This document shows positions 58,017-64,000 of a stretch of DNA of 64,000 nucleotides, piece after piece. A program made the translations under genes and the position numbers. The stretch's first letter is position 1. Each line of letters opens with the position of its first letter. Source of the stretch: Lachnospiraceae bacterium (lineage in GTDB: Bacteria; Bacillota; Clostridia; Lachnospirales; Lachnospiraceae); NCBI GenBank assembly GCA_050944455.1, contig JBMNRC010000002.1:1-64000 (forward strand), read 5' to 3'. Under the pieces are notes generated by a model. It was not told the DNA's origin. It searched no databases and saw only the letters and a list, made by a program, of their open reading frames with translations.

Positions 58017-59018
58017 ATGGGAGTTTCCACCGATATCGGGATTGATCTGGGAACAGCCAGCATTCTTGTATATATCAAAAACAAAGGCGTTGTGCTGAGA
58101 GAGCCTTCGGTAGTTGCCTACGACCGCAATACGAATGAAATCCGTGCGATCGGAGAGGAGGCCCGCATGATGATCGGCCGCACTCCCGGCAATATTGTTG
58201 CCATCCGCCCGCTCCGCCAGGGTGTTATCGCGGATTACACCATCACCGAAAAGATGATCCGCTACTTTATCCAGAAGGCGGTAGGCCGCCGCATCTTCCG
58301 CAAACCGCGCATCAGCGTGTGCGTTCCGAGCCAGATCACGGAAGTGGAGCGCAAGGCGGTGGAGGACGCGACCTTCAACGCGGGCGCCCGTGAAGTTTAC
58401 CTGGTGGAGGAACCGCTGGCGGCGGCTATCGGGGCAGGGGTGGATATCTCCAAGCCCGCCGGCAACATGGTCGTCGACGTAGGCGGCGGTACGACTGATA
58501 TTGCCGTGATATCGCTCGGCGGAACGGTCGTGAGCGAATCCATCAAGGTCGCCGGGGACGATTTCAACGACGCTATCGTGCGCTATATGCGCAAAAACCA
58601 CAATCTTCTGATCGGCGAGCGCACCGGTGAGGAGATCAAGATCAAGATCGGCACCTGCTATCCGCGGGTGGACGAACTGGCGCTGGATGTGCGCGGCCGC
58701 GACCTCGTCAGCGGTCTCCCGAAGACGGTGACCATCACTTCCTCCGAGACGGAGGAAGCCCTGCGGGAGCCGACCAACCAGATCGTCGAGGCTGTTCACA
58801 TGGTGCTGGAGAAGACGCCGCCGGAACTCGCAGCCGATATTTCCGACCGCGGCATCGTGCTCACGGGCGGCGGCGCGCTGCTGCACGGGCTTGAGCATCT
58901 GCTGGAAGAGCGGCTCGGAATCACCACCATGACGGCGGAAAACCCGATGAACTGCGTGGCCATCGGCACCGGCCGTTATCTTGACGTAATCAGTTCCATC
59001 AACGAAAATGAAGAGTGA
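58017..59018 (+). CDS. mreB: rod shape-determining protein MreB family (MreB/Mbl)
   Basis: DIGIDLGTASILVY, actin-fold phosphate motifs, 333 aa. Confidence 0.92.
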   Translation: MGVSTDIGIDLGTASILVYIKNKGVVLREPSVVAYDRNTNEIRAIGEEARMMIGRTPGNIVAIRPLRQGVIADYTITEKMIRYFIQKAVGRRIFRKPRISVCVPSQITEVERKAVEDATFNAGAREVYLVEEPLAAAIGAGVDISKPAGNMVVDVGGGTTDIAVISLGGTVVSESIKVAGDDFNDAIVRYMRKNHNLLIGERTGEEIKIKIGTCYPRVDELALDVRGRDLVSGLPKTVTITSSETEEALREPTNQIVEAVHMVLEKTPPELAADISDRGIVLTGGGALLHGLEHLLEERLGITTMTAENPMNCVAIGTGRYLDVISSINENEE

Positions 59019-59157
59019 ATTTCAATCAGGCCTGCGTAACGGCGCGGCCATCAGCAAAGAGCTCCGGGGCAGGGAAAGCAGATTCTGCCCGGAGCTCTTT
59101 GCATAACAGCGGTTTTGCGCCGGCGGGCGCCGTTTTGCGAATCTGGCGGAGGATATT

Positions 59158-61377
59158 TTGACAGAACTTGAGGGTCAGGTAGAGAGAATCGTTTACAGGA
59201 ACGAGGACAACGGATACACCGTGCTCGTTCTGGACACGGACGGCGGAGACGAGAGCGTGACGGGAATTTTCCCTGACGTCGCGGAGGGAGAGTATCTGCG
59301 CGTGAAGGGTGAAAAGGTCGTGCATCCGCGCTACGGGGAGCAGCTTAAAGCCGATTCCTGCGAGTTCGTGAGGCCGTCCGAGAAGAACGCCATTGAGAAA
59401 TACCTGGCGTCCGGGGCGGTAAAGGGAATCGGGGAAGCGCTCGCGAAGAGAATCGTCAGAAAGTTCGGGGACGATACGCTGCGCATAATCGAGGAGGAGC
59501 CGGAGCGGCTGTCCGAGGTGAAGGGCATCTCGAAAAGCAAGGCGGTTTCCATCGCGGCGGAGCTCGCCGAAAAGCGCGATCTGCGGCAGGCCATGCTCTT
59601 TCTGCAGGACTACGGGATCAGCCAGAACCTTGCGATCAAAATCTATAAAAAGTACGGGGACAAACTCTACAAAATTCTTCGCCAGAACCCTTACCAGCTG
59701 GCGGACGACATCGACGGCGTCGGCTTTAAGCGGGCGGACGAGATCGCTCAGAAAATCGGCATCGAGGCCGACTCGGATTTCCGCATCCGCAGCGCGGTTC
59801 TTTATCTGCTGCAGCAGGGCGAGGGGGAAGGGAACACCTGTCTCCCGCAGGAGCTGGTGGAGAGCCAGGTTTTCCAGCTGCTGCAGATTCCGGAGCGGGA
59901 CCTGGAACCGCTGCTGATGAACCTGGTTATCGACCGGAAAATCGCCATCAAAGAGGACGGCGGCCAGAAGATGGTTTACAGCTGGCGGGCCTACAAGGCG
60001 GAAAACTCGGTGGCGCAGATGCTTCTCAGCCTCAGCGTGGTCAGCAGTGTCCCGGAGGAAGAAATCGCCCGCCGGCTCGCAAAAATCGAGAAGGAAGAGC
60101 AGATCGTTCTGGATGAAAAACAGCGCGAGGCGGTGAACGCCGCTGTCCGCGGCGGGATCACGATCGTCACCGGCGGTCCCGGAACCGGAAAAACGACGAT
60201 TATCCGCACCCTGATCCGCTACTTTGAAACAGAGAAAAAGACCGTGCTCTGCGCCGCGCCGACCGGCCGGGCCGCGAAAAGAATGACGGAGGCCGCCGGC
60301 CGTGAGGCCAGGACTATCCACCGGATGCTCGAGGCGTCCGGGGATCCGGACACAGACCGCACCGTGTTCAACCGGAATGAGGACAATCCGCTGGAGGCGG
60401 ACGTTGTAATCATCGATGAAATGTCGATGGTCGACATCTATCTGATGCAGGCGCTGCTCCGCGCCATGGTGCCGGGGATGAAGCTGATTCTCACCGGAGA
60501 CTCCAGCCAGCTGCCGAGCGTCGGGCCGGGCAATGTGCTGCGGGATATGATCGCGTCCGGCTGTTTCCGCGTCGTGAGGCTGGAGAAAATTTTCCGCCAG
60601 GCGGCGGGAAGCGATATTATCGTCAACGCCCACCGCATCAACGCCGGCGAGATGGTCGGACCCAGGCCCGGAAGCCGGGATTTCCTGTTCATTGAGCGCG
60701 ACAATCCCGGGCAGATCAAGGGGGCCGTGATAACGCTGCTGACCCGGAAACTTCCGGACTATCTGGACACGGACTGGAGTGAAATCCAGGTGCTGACCCC
60801 GATGCGCAAAGGAGCGCTCGGGCTGGAGCAGCTCAACCTGACGCTGCAGGGCAACATCAACGGGCCGGATCTGTCAAAGATGGAGATGACGGTGGGAAGC
60901 ACGGTGTTCCGGGAAGGCGACAAGGTCATGCAGACCAAAAATGATTACCAGAAGCCCTGGAAGATCCTCGACAGCTTCCGCACCGCGGTCCACGAGGGCC
61001 AGGGAGTTTACAACGGGGACATGGGAGTGATCCGGGAGATCAGCCCCGAAGAAGGGCAGATCACGGTGGAATTTGACGAAGGCCGGCGGGCCGTGTACTC
61101 GGGAAGGGAAGCCGAAGACCTGGAACTCGCCTACGCCATCACCATCCATAAAAGCCAGGGGAGCGAATTCCCTGCCGTGATCCTTCCGCTTCTCACGGGG
61201 CCGCGGATGCTCATGAACCGCAACCTGCTCTACACGGCGGTGACCCGGGCGAAAAAGTGCGTCTGCATTGTCGGGAGCGTTCAGACCTTCCAGTCGATGA
61301 TCCGCAACGATGTCGAGCAGAGGCGCTACAGCGGTCTGGTCAGCAGGCTCCGGGATAACAATGGGCTTTTTGAGTGA
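59158..61377 (+). CDS. recD2: ATP-dependent RecD-like DNA helicase (RecD2/YrrC)
   Basis: TTG start with GGAGGA RBS; N-terminal OB/HhH, Walker A TGGPGTGKTT, SF1 motifs to the C-terminus. Confidence 0.9.
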   Translation: MTELEGQVERIVYRNEDNGYTVLVLDTDGGDESVTGIFPDVAEGEYLRVKGEKVVHPRYGEQLKADSCEFVRPSEKNAIEKYLASGAVKGIGEALAKRIVRKFGDDTLRIIEEEPERLSEVKGISKSKAVSIAAELAEKRDLRQAMLFLQDYGISQNLAIKIYKKYGDKLYKILRQNPYQLADDIDGVGFKRADEIAQKIGIEADSDFRIRSAVLYLLQQGEGEGNTCLPQELVESQVFQLLQIPERDLEPLLMNLVIDRKIAIKEDGGQKMVYSWRAYKAENSVAQMLLSLSVVSSVPEEEIARRLAKIEKEEQIVLDEKQREAVNAAVRGGITIVTGGPGTGKTTIIRTLIRYFETEKKTVLCAAPTGRAAKRMTEAAGREARTIHRMLEASGDPDTDRTVFNRNEDNPLEADVVIIDEMSMVDIYLMQALLRAMVPGMKLILTGDSSQLPSVGPGNVLRDMIASGCFRVVRLEKIFRQAAGSDIIVNAHRINAGEMVGPRPGSRDFLFIERDNPGQIKGAVITLLTRKLPDYLDTDWSEIQVLTPMRKGALGLEQLNLTLQGNINGPDLSKMEMTVGSTVFREGDKVMQTKNDYQKPWKILDSFRTAVHEGQGVYNGDMGVIREISPEEGQITVEFDEGRRAVYSGREAEDLELAYAITIHKSQGSEFPAVILPLLTGPRMLMNRNLLYTAVTRAKKCVCIVGSVQTFQSMIRNDVEQRRYSGLVSRLRDNNGLFE

Positions 61378-62077
61378 CCTGCTTTACCCGAGGCGCTGCC
61401 CGGTGTGCGGGGACGTCTTGCCGTACGGCACGTGGATCTGCCCGGAATGCCGGGAAAGCCTGGCGCGGGTAAAGGAGCCCAGATGCAAAAGATGCGGCCT
61501 GCAGATTTCGCGGGCCGAAGATGAGTACTGCCGCGGCTGCAGCCGGCGCGAACGGCATTTCGACGCCGGGATTGTCGGGTTCCGGTACAGCAGCAGGGCG
61601 GTGAGGGACCTGATATTGTCCGCGAAAGACCGCAACCTGAGGCAGAACTATGATTATCCCTGCCTTCTGATGGCGGAGATCTACCGGGAACGCGTGAAGA
61701 GCTTCGCCCCTGAATGCCTGATCCCGGTCCCTCTGTATCCGGCCCGGCGCAGGAAGAGAGGCTTCAACCAGTCGGAGGAGATCGCGGAGAGGCTCGGCGC
61801 GGCCTGGGACCTGCCGGTGGAAACCGGAATCCTGTTTCGCATCAGGGCGACGAAAGAACAGAAAACCCTGGACGCCGCCGGGCGCGCCGCCAATGTCGCA
61901 GGCGCTTTCACGGTGGCGGAAGGCGCGAGGGTTCCTCGCCGCGCGGCCCTGGTGGACGACGTCATTACGACCGGCGCCACGATGGACGCCTGCGCGCTGG
62001 CCCTGAAAAACGCCGGCTGCGGCGCGGTGATGAGCGTGGCTCTCGCCGGAAGTGGAGGCTATTCTCTTGAAGCTTAG
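61361..62077 (+). CDS. comFC: ComF family protein (ComFC-like phosphoribosyltransferase-fold)
   Basis: N-terminal double zinc ribbon CPVCG...CPECR...CKRCG...CRGC, PRTase motif LVDDVITTGAT; overlaps recD2 end by 17 nt. Confidence 0.85.
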   Translation: MGFLSDLLYPRRCPVCGDVLPYGTWICPECRESLARVKEPRCKRCGLQISRAEDEYCRGCSRRERHFDAGIVGFRYSSRAVRDLILSAKDRNLRQNYDYPCLLMAEIYRERVKSFAPECLIPVPLYPARRRKRGFNQSEEIAERLGAAWDLPVETGILFRIRATKEQKTLDAAGRAANVAGAFTVAEGARVPRRAALVDDVITTGATMDACALALKNAGCGAVMSVALAGSGGYSLEA

Positions 62078-63557
62078 ACACAAACTGATTCTGTCTTTCT
62101 GCTGTATCATCCTGCTGCCGCTGACGCTGTCAGTGCTTCTCGGCGCCGGGATCTACCTGAATCACCGGGAAGCTTTCCGGCTGCGCTACGGGGTAACCCT
62201 GGAGCTTTCCGACCTGATTTCGGGGGATTCGGGCATCTCCGACCGCATCGCGCTGTCGCTGAACAGCGAACTTGAGGAAAAGGAACAGTCGGAATCGGAT
62301 TTCTGGGAGGACGACGAGGCCCTGCGGGATTTCGCGGAGCAGAAGACGATCGAAACTTTTCAGGTGCTGGTCTGGCGGGACGGCGAACTGATTTCGGACA
62401 GCGCGGATCTGACGGAAGAAATGCTTGACCGCGCGGACGCCGTACTGCCGGACGCCAGCGGCGGGTGCACCGCGGTGCATACGTCAGGGGACGTCTGGTG
62501 GGTTTACGACGTTTACACGGCGGAGACCGACAGCGGAAAAGTGACGTTTCTCGGCCTGGTGGACAGCTCAAGGCGCTTCCCGCTGGGGAAAACCATCATG
62601 AGGCAGTTCGGCATCTCGATCGTCTTCATCCTGCTTCTCACAGCCGGCCTGTGCACGGTATGGATCTACCGTCCCACCATGATGGAGATCGGCGTGCTTG
62701 AGGACGCGGCGAAGCGGATCAGCGAAGGCGACCTCGATTTTCATATCCACGCGGGCGGGAAAGACGAGATGAGCGAACTCTGCCGGGCTTTTGAGAAAGC
62801 CCGGGAAAGGCTCAAACAGACCCAGGAGGAGAAACTGCAGGCGGACGCCGCGAACCGTGAGCTGATCCGGAATATCTCCCACGACCTCAGGACGCCGATC
62901 ACGGCAATCCAGGGATACGTGGAGGGAATCCGCGACGGCGTCGCCAGCACGCCCGAGATGATGGACCGGTATCTGGGCGTCATCCTCAGCCGGACCAAGG
63001 AGATGTCGCGGCTGATCGATGAGCTGTCGTTCTACACGCGGATGAATTCCGAGGGAATCCCGTATAATTTCCGCGTTCTTCCGGCGGCTGATTTCATCCG
63101 GGACTGCGCGGAGGAGTTCGAAAGCCAGCTCGCGGCCGACGGGGCGGAGTTCACCTGCGAAAGCGAGGTTCAGCCCGGGACGAAAATCGCGGTGGATTCC
63201 GAGCAGATGCACCGCGTTTTCAGCAACATCATCGGAAACTCGCTGAAGTACGCGGACAAAACGCCCTGCCGCATCCGGCTTCAGGCCACGGAAACGAAGG
63301 ATACGGTGAAACTGGTTTTCAGTGACAACGGCAGAGGAATCGCGGAGCAGGATCTGGAGCATATCTTCGAGCGGTTTTACCGCGCGGACGCGGCCAGGAC
63401 GTCGACCGGCGGCTCCGGCATCGGTCTCTCGATCGTAAAGAAGATCGTGGAGGATCACGGCGGCACTGTCTCGGCCGAGAGCACCGTGGGGCAGGGCACA
63501 TCGATGATCATTGAGCTGCAGAAATACACCGGGAAAAACACCGGCGGGACGAAATAA
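62067..63557 (+). CDS. sensor histidine kinase (two TM, HAMP, HisKA, HATPase_c)
   Basis: TTG start 62067 with GGAGG RBS (the track GTG 62052 overlaps comFC); H-box ISHDLRTPITAI, N/G1/G2 boxes GNSLKY..DNGRGI..GGSGIGLSIV; no response regulator in window. Confidence 0.85.
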   Translation: MKLRHKLILSFCCIILLPLTLSVLLGAGIYLNHREAFRLRYGVTLELSDLISGDSGISDRIALSLNSELEEKEQSESDFWEDDEALRDFAEQKTIETFQVLVWRDGELISDSADLTEEMLDRADAVLPDASGGCTAVHTSGDVWWVYDVYTAETDSGKVTFLGLVDSSRRFPLGKTIMRQFGISIVFILLLTAGLCTVWIYRPTMMEIGVLEDAAKRISEGDLDFHIHAGGKDEMSELCRAFEKARERLKQTQEEKLQADAANRELIRNISHDLRTPITAIQGYVEGIRDGVASTPEMMDRYLGVILSRTKEMSRLIDELSFYTRMNSEGIPYNFRVLPAADFIRDCAEEFESQLAADGAEFTCESEVQPGTKIAVDSEQMHRVFSNIIGNSLKYADKTPCRIRLQATETKDTVKLVFSDNGRGIAEQDLEHIFERFYRADAARTSTGGSGIGLSIVKKIVEDHGGTVSAESTVGQGTSMIIELQKYTGKNTGGTK

Positions 63558-63848
63558 TGAAGGCGTCCGGGGCAGGCTGAACTGCCCTGAGACAGGCAGA
63601 CCGCCGCGCCGCGGGAAACCTGCCCGGCATCAGGAGATCTGCGCCGGGACAGGGATACTGGATGAAGTCCGGGAATTGCAGCGGCCCGGGAACGCTTCCG
63701 GCGCGGGCGGAAAAGCTTCCTGATTCCGGTATACCGGTTAAAACAGGGGATACCGCCCGAAAGCGCCGGTTTCATGGTATAATGAAATTCAACGGTCCGG
63801 CGTCGGGTAACCTGAGCATCCGCGGGCATTGGGCATGGGACCGGTCAC

Positions 63849-63950
63849 ATCTGTCCGGGAAGCACCGGAGGAGGTTATCCTGAGCGTTCATAAACAGGGG
63901 GCCGACCGCGCCTGTCCGGGAAGCGCCGAAGGAGGATAAACTGGGCGTCC
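63849..63950 (+). repeat. two about 40-bp direct repeats spaced 60 bp, each ending in a GGAGG-like motif
   Basis: CTGTCCGGGAAGCRCCGRAGGAGGWTAWMCTGRGCGT at 63851 and 63911; partial relative near 63560. Confidence 0.75.
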
Positions 63951-64000
63951 GGGGACAGGGAGCAGCAAAGTGGCAGGCCGCGGGATCACTGTTGAAAATC

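Noticed and set aside
59026-60633. 535-aa minus-strand ORF opposite recD2
   Set aside because: Antisense artefact. recD2 on the plus strand has Walker A/B and SF1 motifs.

Overview
This 64 kb window reads as chromosomal DNA from a high-GC (about 60-65%) low-GC-lineage Firmicute, probably Clostridia (Oscillospiraceae/Ruminococcaceae-like). The evidence is frequent GGAGG-type ribosome-binding sites, many TTG/GTG starts, several textbook TTGACA-17-TATAAT promoters, and a tig-clpP-clpX-lon-engB block.

Most of it is core housekeeping:
- Proteostasis: trigger factor, ClpP, ClpX, Lon, EngB.
- Secretion and tRNA modification: SecDF, Tgt, YajC, TruA.
- Nucleic-acid enzymes: PcrA, RlmD-like methyltransferase, RecD2, ComFC.
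- Envelope stress and shape: PspA with an SPFH/Zn-ribbon partner, MreB.
- Transcription and sugar metabolism: SigA, GalK-GalE.
- Four tRNA genes: Phe, Gly-UCC, Gly-GCC and Val.

The less ordinary part is 24.7-45 kb. It holds two glycoside hydrolases that appear cytoplasmic (GH35 beta-galactosidase, an unusually long GH115-like protein), a MATE exporter, and an apparent cell-envelope glycan module. That module comprises a GT2-GtrA fusion, a NAGPA-like phosphodiester glycosidase with a Thr/Ser stalk encoded by an 18-bp tandem repeat, a small membrane protein, a membrane-anchored Cthe_2159-like beta-helix protein translationally coupled to a DUF368 translocase, and a NapH-like Fe-S membrane protein with a C-terminal FMN-binding domain.

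Other observations:
- A two-gene cassette (unknown protein plus XRE-like HTH) with a perfect promoter sits next to the tRNA cluster.
- A radical-SAM/twitch-domain enzyme faces a divergent small ORF across a 470-bp AT-rich, palindrome-rich regulatory region.
- Several large proteins carry low-complexity insertions: Lon, SigA N-terminus, PcrA linker, GH115, LtaS-like N-terminus.
- Intergenic regions repeatedly contain pairs of 19-60 bp direct repeats spaced about 60-75 bp apart, plus one 3.5-copy 47-bp tandem array.

No CRISPR array, transposase, integrase or recognisable defence system is visible. The many long antisense ORFs are high-GC artefacts.
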